Assembly (NCBI GenBank): GCA_017501145.1
Contig: JAFVXL010000059.1
Coordinates: 382 to 64,381 of the forward strand
Direction: 5' to 3'
Length of the DNA stretch: 64,000 bases
DNA from: Clostridia bacterium
Lineage (GTDB): Bacteria > Bacillota > Clostridia > Christensenellales > Pumilibacteraceae
This document shows, piece by piece, positions 1 to 9,773 of the stretch. The first letter of the stretch is position 1. Each line of letters begins with the position of its first letter. The translations under genes and the position numbers were made by a program. The notes under the pieces were generated by a model that was not told the DNA's origin, did not search any database, and was given only the letters and a program-made list of their open reading frames with translations.

Positions 1-64
1 TACCGGGTGGTTGCCGGAAGTTTGGGTAGAAAATGATTATTAAATATAACACAGGATTGGTTTT

Positions 65-3000
65 ATGATTAACAAGCAAATTAAAAAAATAAGCATATTT
101 ATAATGCTAACAATATTGTTGGGAATAACGCTATCGTTCTCGGTACACTATGTTTTAGCAGAAGAAACCGAAAATGAGTATGAAGAAAAGACATATAGCA
201 ACTTAACTGTTGAAGATGACTTTGATGATAGCTGTGTCTTAGTAGTAATGGACAAAAACGTAGGTGGAATAAATAAAATACATAGCGAAGATTTCTTTGG
301 GGATATAGATATAGAAAGTATAGAAGACTTGACTTATATAGAAGGTAATTTCAATGAACTTAAATATTTAGACCAGGGGAATTTTAGACAAATTCTTAAA
401 ATAAATTTATCTAAGCCATCAAAGGAAAACGTATTGTATGCTATAAGTGTTTTAGAGGGTATAGAAGGAATTAAGCACGCGGGACCTAATTATTATGATA
501 AGGCAATGGAAGAAGATGAAAATAGCGATACTGTAGGTGAGTATAATTTTTGGAATTACTTTGGCGAAAATGGTATCCATTTAGATGAAGCTTGGCGATT
601 TACAACTGGAAGTAGTAATGTAAAAGTAGGGGTAATAGATAGTGGAGTGTATGAACATCAAGATTTGAAAAATAATCTTGACGTTGGTTTAAATTGTGTA
701 ACTAAAACTACAACAACAAACAATGACACTAGCGGGCATGGAACACTCGTAGCTAGTATAATAGGCGCAAAAAATCAAGAAGAAAATGGCTATAAAGGGG
801 TATGTCCTAATGTTAAAATTGTGCCGTTTCAAGTTGTTGACTACAATGAAAAAGGTGAATATCGTAATTATAAAGTTTCGGATACAATAAGAGCCATTAG
901 TTATGCAATAACATATAGTATTCCTATTTTAAATTATAGCGCAACGACATTTTATGATACCACATATGAATATTATTATTCGCTACGAGAAGCGGCATTG
1001 AATAATTATAATGGACTTTTTATTGTAGCTGCGGGAAATGAAACAACAAACTTAGATAGTAGACGTAGTGATCCTGCTTGTTATGCAAACGACAGTTACG
1101 GGTATCTTAGTAAAAGAGTAATAACAGTAGGAGCTTTAAACGAAAATGGAGCTCGCAGAGAGAACTCTAATTATGGTCAAAATACAGTTAGTATTTACGC
1201 GCCAGGACAAGATATTATAGGAGCAAATTACGGTCAAGATAATTATAGGTCAGCTCATGGTACCTCATATGCTGCACCGCACGTGGCGGGAGTTGCCGCG
1301 TTAATGCTGTCTTTAAATCCTAATTTAACTGCGGAAGAATTAAAAGCTAAAATAATAGTAAGCGCGGAAGATATTACAATTTCAACGCCAGGTGGGAATC
1401 AAAATGTAAAAAAGCTAAATGCATACGAAGCGCTTAAAAGCGTAGTTTATGAAGTGGATTCGCAAGGTGTACTTACAAATGTAAATGTGCCGGAAAAAGC
1501 GGGTGTTTTGGGTGTACCTACGGATGTTAACGGTATAACCATAACAGAAATAGGCGACAATGCTTTTAGTGGTTGCACAAGCTTAACAAGCATAACGATA
1601 CCAAGTAGCGTAACGAGTATTGGGCTTAACGCGTTCAGTAGTTGCAGTAATTTAGCATCGGTAAATTTTGCTGAAAATTGTCAGTTGGAGTGCATTTATG
1701 GCGCATTTTTGGGTTGCAGTAACTTAACAAGTATAACGATACCAAGCAGCGTAATTAGCATAGGACAAGGAGCATTTGCTGGTTGTATAGGATTGCAAAC
1801 GGTTGAGTTTGAAGAAAACAGTGAAATAGAATATATTGGCGACATGGCTTTTAACAATTGCACCAGTTTGGGATCAATTACGATACCTCAAAATGTTTTT
1901 TCTATAGGATATGGCGCATTTTGGAACTGCACCGATTTACAAGCCGTAATGTTTGAAGGAGAAAGCGAGCTTACATATATAGATAGTAATGCGTTTAAAA
2001 ATACAGCGATTGAAGAAATTATCATACCGCAAAGTGTACAAGAAATAGGAGTGGAAGCTTTTTGGTATTGTGATAATCTAACGACAATAAGATTACTTAG
2101 ACCTTCGTCAATAGGAGTAACTAATTGTTACTTTGGCGCAAGTGAAAACGAGCTTCAAACAGCATATCCAAGTTTAGAAGAAATAATAGTGCCTAATGAA
2201 GAAAGCTATGAGGCATATAAGGAAGCAATGTTTATTTATCCTGCTATGAGGGTATTTTTAACTTGCGATCCGGGACAGTTTGAATTTGAGCTACTTAGTA
2301 ATGGAACATATATGGTAAGCAATGTCGCAGATGATATTGCTGGAGATATAGTTATTCCTGCTATGTTTAATACTATACCTGTAACGGTAATAGCAAACAA
2401 TGCGTTTATGGGTTGTACAAATATAACGTGTATAACAATCCCAAGTAGTATTACGACAATAGGAACAAATGCATTTGGATATTGTTCCAGTTTAACGACA
2501 GTATATTTATCCGAATCGCTTGTGGATATGGATGGCTCAACGTTTATGTGTTGCTATGCATTAACTGATATAATAGTACCTAATATAGCGAGTGTATATT
2601 ATGCGCATATAAGTAATCTTCCAGATTTGGCTAGTTTTATCATTTGTGATTCGGGACAGTTGTATTTTGAGCTTTTATACAACGGAACTTACGCAGTAGT
2701 TGGCGCTACATCTGACATAGCAGGCGAATTGATTATACCTGCATATTATAACGGCGCGCCAGTAACAGCTATTTTAGATAATGCATTTGCTGGCTGCGAT
2801 AGTTTAACATATGTAGAATTACCGTATGCGATAACAACAATAGGTGCGTATGCATTTAGCGGCTGTATAAGCTTAGAGGATATAGTGTTGCCGAGCAGTG
2901 TAATAAATATAGACGAATATGCGTTTGAAGAATGCGAAAACCTTGGAGTAGTGGCGTTATTAAGAACGGCAGAGCAAGGAATAACGCAAATAGACACAAC

Positions 3001-3121
3001 TGCATTTTATGATAACGGATTGATTTGCTTTGTAGTATTCGACGAGGACAGCTGTGAAGCATATAAAGAAGAATTGAACACAAGTCTTCAAAATTATGTG
3101 CAGTACGTAATGTATTTGTAA
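65..3121 (+). CDS. Secreted subtilisin-family (peptidase S8) serine protease with C-terminal BspA-type leucine-rich-repeat region
   Basis: 1018-aa ORF. Hydrophobic signal-like N-terminus (ISIFIMLTILLGITLSFSVHYVLA). S8 motifs in D-H-S order (VGVIDSGV, SGHGTLVAS, HGTSYAAPHVAGVAALM). C-terminal half is built of repeated LTSITIPSSV.SIG..AF..C modules. Confidence 0.85.
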   Translation: MINKQIKKISIFIMLTILLGITLSFSVHYVLAEETENEYEEKTYSNLTVEDDFDDSCVLVVMDKNVGGINKIHSEDFFGDIDIESIEDLTYIEGNFNELKYLDQGNFRQILKINLSKPSKENVLYAISVLEGIEGIKHAGPNYYDKAMEEDENSDTVGEYNFWNYFGENGIHLDEAWRFTTGSSNVKVGVIDSGVYEHQDLKNNLDVGLNCVTKTTTTNNDTSGHGTLVASIIGAKNQEENGYKGVCPNVKIVPFQVVDYNEKGEYRNYKVSDTIRAISYAITYSIPILNYSATTFYDTTYEYYYSLREAALNNYNGLFIVAAGNETTNLDSRRSDPACYANDSYGYLSKRVITVGALNENGARRENSNYGQNTVSIYAPGQDIIGANYGQDNYRSAHGTSYAAPHVAGVAALMLSLNPNLTAEELKAKIIVSAEDITISTPGGNQNVKKLNAYEALKSVVYEVDSQGVLTNVNVPEKAGVLGVPTDVNGITITEIGDNAFSGCTSLTSITIPSSVTSIGLNAFSSCSNLASVNFAENCQLECIYGAFLGCSNLTSITIPSSVISIGQGAFAGCIGLQTVEFEENSEIEYIGDMAFNNCTSLGSITIPQNVFSIGYGAFWNCTDLQAVMFEGESELTYIDSNAFKNTAIEEIIIPQSVQEIGVEAFWYCDNLTTIRLLRPSSIGVTNCYFGASENELQTAYPSLEEIIVPNEESYEAYKEAMFIYPAMRVFLTCDPGQFEFELLSNGTYMVSNVADDIAGDIVIPAMFNTIPVTVIANNAFMGCTNITCITIPSSITTIGTNAFGYCSSLTTVYLSESLVDMDGSTFMCCYALTDIIVPNIASVYYAHISNLPDLASFIICDSGQLYFELLYNGTYAVVGATSDIAGELIIPAYYNGAPVTAILDNAFAGCDSLTYVELPYAITTIGAYAFSGCISLEDIVLPSSVINIDEYAFEECENLGVVALLRTAEQGITQIDTTAFYDNGLICFVVFDEDSCEAYKEELNTSLQNYVQYVMYL
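1530..3020 (+). repeat. Coding tandem leucine-rich repeats (BspA-like, ~23-25 aa units) including a duplicated ~85-aa super-module
   Basis: Recurring I.IPSSV.SIG..AF..C..L units. Two near-parallel blocks: CDPGQFEFELLSNGTYMV...IPAMFN..PVT.I and CDSGQLYFELLYNGTYAV...IPAYYNGAPVTAI. Confidence 0.7.
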
Positions 3122-3142
3122 GATTTATTAAAATCAAAACAT

Positions 3143-3177
3143 AAAAAAGGAGTTACTATGATGTAACTCCTTTTTTG
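3143..3177. terminator. Bidirectional rho-independent terminator between the protease gene and trxA
   Basis: Stem AAGGAGTTAC / GTAACTCCTT with 6-nt loop, flanked by an A-run and a T-run. Confidence 0.8.
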
Positions 3178-3217
3178 TCGTAATTTTATTATGAGGTAGG
3201 CTAGTATTTAAGACCTA

Positions 3218-3514
3218 TTAGATAACGAACTCTTTGAGCGACTCTAAGTCCACAAGTCCTACCGACTTATCCACAGCCTTGCCGTCCTTAAAGAGTATAA
3301 GGGTGGGGATGCTCATTACGCCAAATCGCTTCGCAAGCTCGGGCGACTCGTCCACGTTAACCTTGCAAATTTTTACGTCAGCGCACTCTGCTTCAAGCTC
3401 GTCAAGAATAGGAGCGAGCATTTTGCACGGGCCGCACCACTGCGCCCAAAAGTCCACAAGTACTTTGCCACTTGCAATTTCAGTATCAAAATCATTTATA
3501 GTCAAATGTTTCAT
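3218..3514 (-). CDS. trxA: Thioredoxin
   Basis: 98 aa with WCGPC active site and typical FWAQWCGPCKMLAPILDE context. GGAGG ribosome-binding site upstream. Confidence 0.95.
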   Translation of the reverse strand: MKHLTINDFDTEIASGKVLVDFWAQWCGPCKMLAPILDELEAECADVKICKVNVDESPELAKRFGVMSIPTLILFKDGKAVDKSVGLVDLESLKEFVI

Positions 3515-3540
3515 ATATGCCTCCGTTATATAAGTATGTG

Positions 3541-4926
3541 CTATTTCGCAAGTTCTATCATAGCCTTTTTGTAAATTTCTGCCGCCTTATAAAATTCTGC
3601 GATAGAAACGTGCTCGTCTATGTTGTGGATATTTGTTTCCGAGCCCTCGAAGGTCGGACCAAACGCCACGGTGTTGGGCAATTCTCTTGCGTACGTTCCG
3701 CCACCGCAGATAAGACAGCGCGCTTCCTTGCCCGTGCACTCGGTATAAACTCTAAGGAGAGTTTGGACAAGCGGAGAATTTTTGTCTATGTAAAGGTTGG
3801 GAGCGAATTTCTTTTGTTCAATTTTGGTTTTTGCGGGCATCTTGGACGAAATTTGTCTTTTTATTTCGTCGGGATTAGCGCAAACGGGTAAGCGCATATC
3901 CAAAGAGAAATAAAGTCTATCGTCATCAACCTTGATTATACCCATGCTCATAGTAAGCTCGCCGCTTACGTCGTCGCTCTTATAAATGCCGAGATTTTCT
4001 GCCGCCGAATGAGAGCATATATACTCGTTAAGGAACGAAACAATTTCGCTGTCCGTAAAGCAAGCAAGCATTTTGATAAGCTTCCAAATTGCGTTGTCAG
4101 CTTTGTCCGGCGCCATAGCGTGACCTGCTACGCCGCGCGTTTCGATAGTGATAACTTCGCCCTCGTCGATTGCACAGAAGTCTTCTACCTTATAGCCTGC
4201 TGCCAAAATCGCGCCTACTGCTTGCGAGCACGTAAATAATTTGTTGCTAATGTTGCCGTCGCAAATCTCTAAGAAGCGCTTGCCGAGCTCGCTATCCTTA
4301 AAAATGCTAATTCTAGAGCGATCGGGTACTACGTTGTAGCTTTCGCCACCGCTGATGAACGCGATATTCTTCTTGAAAAAGTCGTCAAGCGGGAGAGAAT
4401 ACATAAGGTGAAGTATACCCTTTTCGCTATTAATAAGCGGGAAGTCGGAGTCGGGTACAAAGCTCATAGACGGGATTTCGCCGTGATTTACGTAATGCTT
4501 AATGCAAGCGCTACCGTGTTCTTCGTTGCAGCCTGCTATTATGCGGATACGCTTATTAAGCTTGATTCCGCTATCCTTAATTTCCTTAAGTGCATGAAGA
4601 CACATAACAACGCTACCCTTGTCGTCCACAACGCCTCTACCAAAAAGCTGCTCGTCTTTGATTACTAGCGCGAACGGATCGGACGACCAGCCTTCGCCTG
4701 CCGGAACTACGTCCAAGTGACAAAGCGCGCCTATGCACTCCTTGCCCTCGCCATATTCTGCATATCCGCAGTATCCGTCGTAGTTGCCCGTCTTAAAGCC
4801 ATATTCTTCGGCCTTAGCCAAAAACCAGTCGAGCGCATTGCGGCACTCAACGCCAAAGGGAGCGCCCGGTTGAGCCTCACCCAAAACACTCTTTATTGCA
4901 ATAATTTCAGATAAATCCTTTAACAT
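3541..4926 (-). CDS. pepV: M20-family dipeptidase (PepV / Sapep-like)
   Basis: 461 aa. Metal-binding motifs typical of M20 dipeptidases (HLDVVP, GRGVVDDKG, NEEHGS, PDSDFP). Confidence 0.8.
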   Translation of the reverse strand: MLKDLSEIIAIKSVLGEAQPGAPFGVECRNALDWFLAKAEEYGFKTGNYDGYCGYAEYGEGKECIGALCHLDVVPAGEGWSSDPFALVIKDEQLFGRGVVDDKGSVVMCLHALKEIKDSGIKLNKRIRIIAGCNEEHGSACIKHYVNHGEIPSMSFVPDSDFPLINSEKGILHLMYSLPLDDFFKKNIAFISGGESYNVVPDRSRISIFKDSELGKRFLEICDGNISNKLFTCSQAVGAILAAGYKVEDFCAIDEGEVITIETRGVAGHAMAPDKADNAIWKLIKMLACFTDSEIVSFLNEYICSHSAAENLGIYKSDDVSGELTMSMGIIKVDDDRLYFSLDMRLPVCANPDEIKRQISSKMPAKTKIEQKKFAPNLYIDKNSPLVQTLLRVYTECTGKEARCLICGGGTYARELPNTVAFGPTFEGSETNIHNIDEHVSIAEFYKAAEIYKKAMIELAK

Positions 4927-5088
4927 AAAAACCTACCTTGTATTAGTCAGATATACATTTTACTATACTTTGCGAATTTTGTCAAGTATTGCGCCGTAGT
5001 TTATGCGCAGATATGACTAAATACTAATACAATACAGCTAATTTGCTAAATGAAAGTAACTAAATTGCCAAAATGTTGGTATATAACT

Positions 5089-5117
5089 TGCTTTATTTTT
5101 GATTTTATTTTATAATA
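5089..5117 (+). promoter_or_regulatory. Sigma-A-type promoter candidate for gltX
   Basis: TTGCTT, 17-nt spacer, TATAAT, about 40 nt upstream of the gltX ribosome-binding site. Confidence 0.5.
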
Positions 5118-5157
5118 AAGGGTAGTAGTAGAATTTTGCATTTTTTAAGGAGCAACA

Positions 5158-6576
5158 ATGAAAGAAGTTAGAACAAGATTTGCGCCGTCGCCGACTGGTT
5201 ATTTGCATATTGGTGGACTCAGAACAGCGCTTTATGCGTTTTTGTACGCTAAGAAAAACGGCGGAAAGTTTATTTTGCGCATAGAAGATACGGATAGAGA
5301 AAGATACGTGCCCGGCTCGGTAGAAATTATTTATTCTACCCTCAAAGACGCAGGACTTGTGTATGACGAGGGCCCGGATGTGGGTGGTGATTACGGTCCG
5401 TATATTCAGAGCGAGCGCAAAAACGCGTATCTTGAATACGCTAAGCAACTTGTGGATAACGGCAGCGCGTATTATTGCTTTTGCACAAAAGAAAGACTCG
5501 AGGAGCTGCATAATAACGGAGCAACGAAGTATGACAAGCATTGCGCTTCGCTTAGCAAGGAAGAGGTCCAGATGCGTCTTGCACGCGGAGATAGCTACGT
5601 AATTAGACAAAATATTCCGCTTACCGGCAGTACCACTTATACCGATATGGTATTTGGCGATATAACCGTGGAGAACAAGGAACTAGAGGACAATATTTTG
5701 ATTAAGTCGGACGGTATGCCCACCTATAACTTTGCTAACGTAGTAGACGATCATCTTATGGGTATAAATTACGTTATTCGTGGCGTGGAATATCTTTCGA
5801 GCACGCCTAAGTACAATCTTATGTACGACGGACTTGGTTGGGAAAGACCGCGCTATATCCATCTTCAACCCATAATGCGTGACGCTACGCACAAGCTTAG
5901 CAAGCGCTACGGGGACGCAAGCTACGAGGACTTTATCAAAAAGGGATACTTAAAGGAAGCGATAGTTAACTATATTGCGTTGCTTGGCTGGAGCAGTAAG
6001 GATAATACCGAAAAGTTTAGCTTAGCTGAGCTTGTGGACAAGTTTGATTTGTCAGGCGTAAGCCACTCGCCGAGTATTTTTGACGAGCAAAAGATGAAGT
6101 ATATCAATTCGCTTTACGTTAAGGAAATGAGCGAGGATGATTTCCACGATTACGCGCTTAAGTTCTACCAAAATTACGATTATTTGAGTGGACTTGATTT
6201 GCGTTACCTTTCGTCGCTCCTTCACTCTAGAGTAGAAGTATTTACCGACGTAGGTAGACTTACTGAGTTTTTGACGGCGTTTGAAGGGTTTGACCTTAGC
6301 TTGTTTAATAACGCTAAGTGGAAGACTGATTGCAACGTAGCTAAGGCTATGCTTCCCGGGTTAGTTGAGCTTACCGAAAAGTCGTTTGACAATCTTCACG
6401 ACGCGCTTATTGTGTACGGCGAAGCAAACGGATACAAGAAGGGACAAGTTCTTTGGATTTACCGTATTGCGCTTACTGGCGCGCAATCTACTCCGGGCGG
6501 AGCTGTGGAAATGGCTGTCTTGCTTGGCAAGGACGAAAGCTTGCGCCGTCTTAACGAGAGCTTATCTAGACTTTAG
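5158..6576 (+). CDS. gltX: Glutamate--tRNA ligase
   Basis: 472 aa. Class I signatures PSPTGYLHIGG (HIGH) and KLSKR (KMSKS). AAGGAG ribosome-binding site. Confidence 0.95.
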   Translation: MKEVRTRFAPSPTGYLHIGGLRTALYAFLYAKKNGGKFILRIEDTDRERYVPGSVEIIYSTLKDAGLVYDEGPDVGGDYGPYIQSERKNAYLEYAKQLVDNGSAYYCFCTKERLEELHNNGATKYDKHCASLSKEEVQMRLARGDSYVIRQNIPLTGSTTYTDMVFGDITVENKELEDNILIKSDGMPTYNFANVVDDHLMGINYVIRGVEYLSSTPKYNLMYDGLGWERPRYIHLQPIMRDATHKLSKRYGDASYEDFIKKGYLKEAIVNYIALLGWSSKDNTEKFSLAELVDKFDLSGVSHSPSIFDEQKMKYINSLYVKEMSEDDFHDYALKFYQNYDYLSGLDLRYLSSLLHSRVEVFTDVGRLTEFLTAFEGFDLSLFNNAKWKTDCNVAKAMLPGLVELTEKSFDNLHDALIVYGEANGYKKGQVLWIYRIALTGAQSTPGGAVEMAVLLGKDESLRRLNESLSRL

Positions 6577-6585
6577 GACAAGATA

Positions 6586-6978
6586 ATGAGCTTTAAGCAA
6601 GTAGATATAATAAAATGCACTACGCTTGCGTATGTGGGCGATTCGGTGTTTACGTTGTACGTACGCTCTAAGCTGGGTATAGATCCTACTATTCCTACTC
6701 GAGAGCTAATGAAACGCAGTATGGCGATAGTTAGCGCGGTGGTGCAGGCGCGTATTCACGACGGTATAATCGATAGCTTGACTAGCGACGAGCTTGCGCT
6801 TATGAATAGATGTCGCAACGCGCACGTTACCAACAAGGCAAAAAACGCAACCATGCGCGAGTATAAAAAGGCGACGGCATTAGAGGGTTTGCTTGGAGCG
6901 CTGTATCTTACCAATCAGCGCGAAAGGCTAAGCGAAATACTCGAAAAATGTTTTACGATAGGAGGTCGGGATGAGTAA
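6586..6978 (+). CDS. mrnC: Mini-ribonuclease III
   Basis: 130 aa. LAYVGDSVF, RCRNA and ATALEGLLGALYL match Mini-III (YazC) signatures. Lies downstream of gltX, as the gltX...mrnC-rlmB neighbourhood does in Firmicutes. Confidence 0.85.
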   Translation: MSFKQVDIIKCTTLAYVGDSVFTLYVRSKLGIDPTIPTRELMKRSMAIVSAVVQARIHDGIIDSLTSDELALMNRCRNAHVTNKAKNATMREYKKATALEGLLGALYLTNQRERLSEILEKCFTIGGRDE

Positions 6979-7801
6979 AGCTGACAAAATATTCGTACAA
7001 AACCTACAAGAGATAATAAACAACGGTTTTTGGGATACAGACCACGACGTTAGACCGCGCTGGGCGGATGGAACTCCGGCTCATACCGTTAAAAAGTTTT
7101 GTATAGTCAATAGATATGATTTGAGCGAAGAATTTCCTATTATTACCGTTAGAAAAACTTTTTTCAAAAACGCGGTGGACGAGCTGCTTTGGATTTGGCA
7201 AAAAAAGAGCAACAATATAAACGAGCTAAATAGTCATATTTGGGATGCGTGGGCTGACCAAAGCGGCAGCATAGGCAAGGCTTACGGCTATCAGCTTGGA
7301 GTAAAGCACAAGTACAAGGAAGGCGAATTCGACCAAGTAGACAGAGTTCTTTTTGACTTAAAGCACAATCCGCTTTCGCGTAGAATTATGACAAACCTTT
7401 ATTGTCACGCGGACCTTCACGAAATGAATCTTTATCCGTGCGCCTATTCTGTTACGTTTAACGTAACGGGCGATAAGCTCAACGCGGTGCTTAATCAGCG
7501 TTCGCAGGATATGCTTACCGCTAACAACTGGAACGTTGTTCAGTATGCTGTGCTTGTGCATATGATGGCAAGTGTTAGCGGACTTAAAGCAGGTGAGCTT
7601 GTGCACGTTATTGCGGACGCGCATTTATATGATAGACATATACCTATTGCAAAAAAACTAATCGAGGCAGAGCAGTTTGACGCTCCTAAGTTTAGTATAA
7701 ACGACCAGGTAAAAGATTTTTATAAGTTTACACTTGACGACTTTGAGCTTACAGATTACAAATTCACGCCGCTTGGCGAAAAAATAGAGGTGGCTATATG
7801 A
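6971..7801 (+). CDS. thyA: Thymidylate synthase (ThyA type)
   Basis: 276 aa. Conserved RR.I...W and LYPCAYS-type active-site Cys region, NQRSQDM. AGGAGG ribosome-binding site. Overlaps mrnC by 8 nt. Confidence 0.9.
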   Translation: MSKADKIFVQNLQEIINNGFWDTDHDVRPRWADGTPAHTVKKFCIVNRYDLSEEFPIITVRKTFFKNAVDELLWIWQKKSNNINELNSHIWDAWADQSGSIGKAYGYQLGVKHKYKEGEFDQVDRVLFDLKHNPLSRRIMTNLYCHADLHEMNLYPCAYSVTFNVTGDKLNAVLNQRSQDMLTANNWNVVQYAVLVHMMASVSGLKAGELVHVIADAHLYDRHIPIAKKLIEAEQFDAPKFSINDQVKDFYKFTLDDFELTDYKFTPLGEKIEVAI

Positions 7802-8289
7802 GAATTATCGTTGCCGTTAGCAAGAGCTGGGGCATAGGCAAAGACAACAAGCTGTTGTTCTCGCTAAAAGAGGATATGAAGTTTTTTAAGCAGACTACCT
7901 CCGGTAAGGTTGTAGTTATGGGCAAAAACACTTATTTGTCCCTTCCTAAGCGACCGCTCAAAGACAGAATAAATATCGTGCTTACTAGGGAGTGCTTTGA
8001 TGACGGAAGCATTACCGTAAAGGATATGGATGAGCTTTTTGCTCAAATCAAAAAGTATGATACAGACAACGTGTATATTATAGGCGGCGCAAGCATGTAT
8101 AAGCAAATGCTGCCGTACTGTGATACTGCGTTTATTACCAAGGTGGACGCAGATAGCGAGGCTGATACGTATTTTACCAACTTAGACGAGCTTTCTTCGT
8201 GGCAATGCGTACAAGAGAGCCAAGCTCAAGATACGCTGCCCATAGTGTTCTGCACGTACAAAAACAACGACGTTAAGGAGTATAAATAA
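7798..8289 (+). CDS. folA: Dihydrofolate reductase
   Basis: 163 aa. IVAVS..WGIGKDNKL.., VVMGKNTY.SLP, IIGGASMY. ATGA start/stop overlap with thyA. Confidence 0.9.
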   Translation: MRIIVAVSKSWGIGKDNKLLFSLKEDMKFFKQTTSGKVVVMGKNTYLSLPKRPLKDRINIVLTRECFDDGSITVKDMDELFAQIKKYDTDNVYIIGGASMYKQMLPYCDTAFITKVDADSEADTYFTNLDELSSWQCVQESQAQDTLPIVFCTYKNNDVKEYK

Positions 8290-9017
8290 TGAAGATAGAG
8301 GGAAGAAACGCCGTAACCGAAGCGCTTAAGGCAGGCACTACCATAGATAGATTGCTTGTAGAAAAGGGGCTTAAGGATGCCGGCGCACAAAAGATAATAG
8401 ACGAAGCAAAAAGCCGTGGCGTAAAGATATTCTTTAGAGATAAGATAGCGCTTGACCGCGAAAGCGCAACCAAGCGTCATCAGGGATTTATCGCTGAGGT
8501 TACCGACTACAAGTATAGCGAGCTCGAAGAAATTCTTAGCCTTGCTGAGCAAAGGGGCGAACCGCCTTTCTTGCTTATACTTGACGGAGTAGAAGATCCG
8601 CACAATCTCGGTAGCATACTCAGAGTTGCCGAATGCGCCGGTGCGCATGGAGTAATTATTCCGCGTCACCGCTCGGTGTCCGTCAACGAAACGGTAATCA
8701 AGGTTAGCGCAGGAGCATCTGCTCACATCAAGGTAGCTAAGGTTACTAACATCAACGATACAATCGACGAGCTTAAGTCGCGTGGAGTGTGGGTATATTG
8801 CGCTGATATGGACGGACAGTCTGTTTATAAGACCGACCTAACAGGACCTGTTGCTATCGTAGTAGGCGGAGAAGGAAGGGGTGTAGGCAAGCGTACGCGC
8901 AGTAACTGCGACGGAATTGTCTCGCTACCTATGTATGGACAAGTAAATTCGCTTAACGCTTCGGTGGCTACCGCTATTGTCGTTTATGAGCGAATTAGAC
9001 AAAATTTGAGCAAATAA
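8289..9017 (+). CDS. rlmB: 23S rRNA (guanosine-2'-O)-methyltransferase, SpoU/TrmH family (RlmB-like)
   Basis: 242 aa. LDGVEDPHNLGSILRVAECAGAHGVI, VVGGEGRGV and SLNASVATAI SpoU motifs. TAATG overlap with folA. Confidence 0.85.
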   Translation: MKIEGRNAVTEALKAGTTIDRLLVEKGLKDAGAQKIIDEAKSRGVKIFFRDKIALDRESATKRHQGFIAEVTDYKYSELEEILSLAEQRGEPPFLLILDGVEDPHNLGSILRVAECAGAHGVIIPRHRSVSVNETVIKVSAGASAHIKVAKVTNINDTIDELKSRGVWVYCADMDGQSVYKTDLTGPVAIVVGGEGRGVGKRTRSNCDGIVSLPMYGQVNSLNASVATAIVVYERIRQNLSK

Positions 9018-9041
9018 AAATTTTTTTAGGAGTATATTAGT

Positions 9042-9764
9042 ATGAGAAGAAGAATTATTGCAGGCAACTGGAAGATGAATATGACAAAAGCTCAGGCAAA
9101 AGAATTTATGGGAGAATTCTTGCCGCTTTGCGCTAACGCTAAGTGCGAAACCGTGCTTTGCGTTCCGTTTACCGATATTCATAGAGTATACAAGCTTGCA
9201 CTTGGCTCTAACGTAAAGGTAGGCGCGCAAAACGTAGCTTGGGCAGACAAGGGCGCTTTTACCGGCGAAATTTCGGCAGAAATGCTCAAGGAAGTGGGCG
9301 CAGAGTACGTTATTATCGGACACAGCGAGCGTCGCGCTTACTTTGGTGAAACAGATGAAACTGTCAATATGCGTCTTAAGCAAGCTCTTAAGTGCGGTCT
9401 TAAGCCTATCTTTTGCGTAGGTGAAACCTTGGAGCAGCGCGAAGGCGGCTTGACCGAGCAGGTTCTTAAAGCTCAAATTGAAAAAGGACTTGATGGAGTA
9501 GCCGAAGACGTTATTATCGCTTACGAGCCTGTTTGGGCTATTGGTACCGGCAAAACCGCTACTCCCGAAATGGCTAACGAAACCATTGGATTTATTCGTA
9601 GCGTAGCGACTAAGCTTGTTGGCGAGGTAAGTATTCTTTACGGTGGTAGTATGAATGCTGCTAACGCGCAAAATCTTTTGGATATGTCCGAAATCGACGG
9701 TGGACTTATCGGCGGTGCAAGCCTTAAGCCGAGCGACTTCTCGGTTATCGTAAATTGCGACTAG
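9042..9764 (+). CDS. tpiA: Triose-phosphate isomerase
   Basis: 240 aa. AGNWKMN, IIGHSERR, AYEPVWAIGTGKTAT, GGASL. Confidence 0.95.
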   Translation: MRRRIIAGNWKMNMTKAQAKEFMGEFLPLCANAKCETVLCVPFTDIHRVYKLALGSNVKVGAQNVAWADKGAFTGEISAEMLKEVGAEYVIIGHSERRAYFGETDETVNMRLKQALKCGLKPIFCVGETLEQREGGLTEQVLKAQIEKGLDGVAEDVIIAYEPVWAIGTGKTATPEMANETIGFIRSVATKLVGEVSILYGGSMNAANAQNLLDMSEIDGGLIGGASLKPSDFSVIVNCD

Positions 9765-9773
9765 GAGCGTTAG

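Noticed and set aside
4927-5157. Possible T-box leader upstream of gltX
   Set aside because: The spacer is only ~230 nt and AT-rich. I could not find the specifier-loop/AGAGA, GNUGGNA T-box sequence or a terminator/antiterminator pair. Only a promoter-like element is present.
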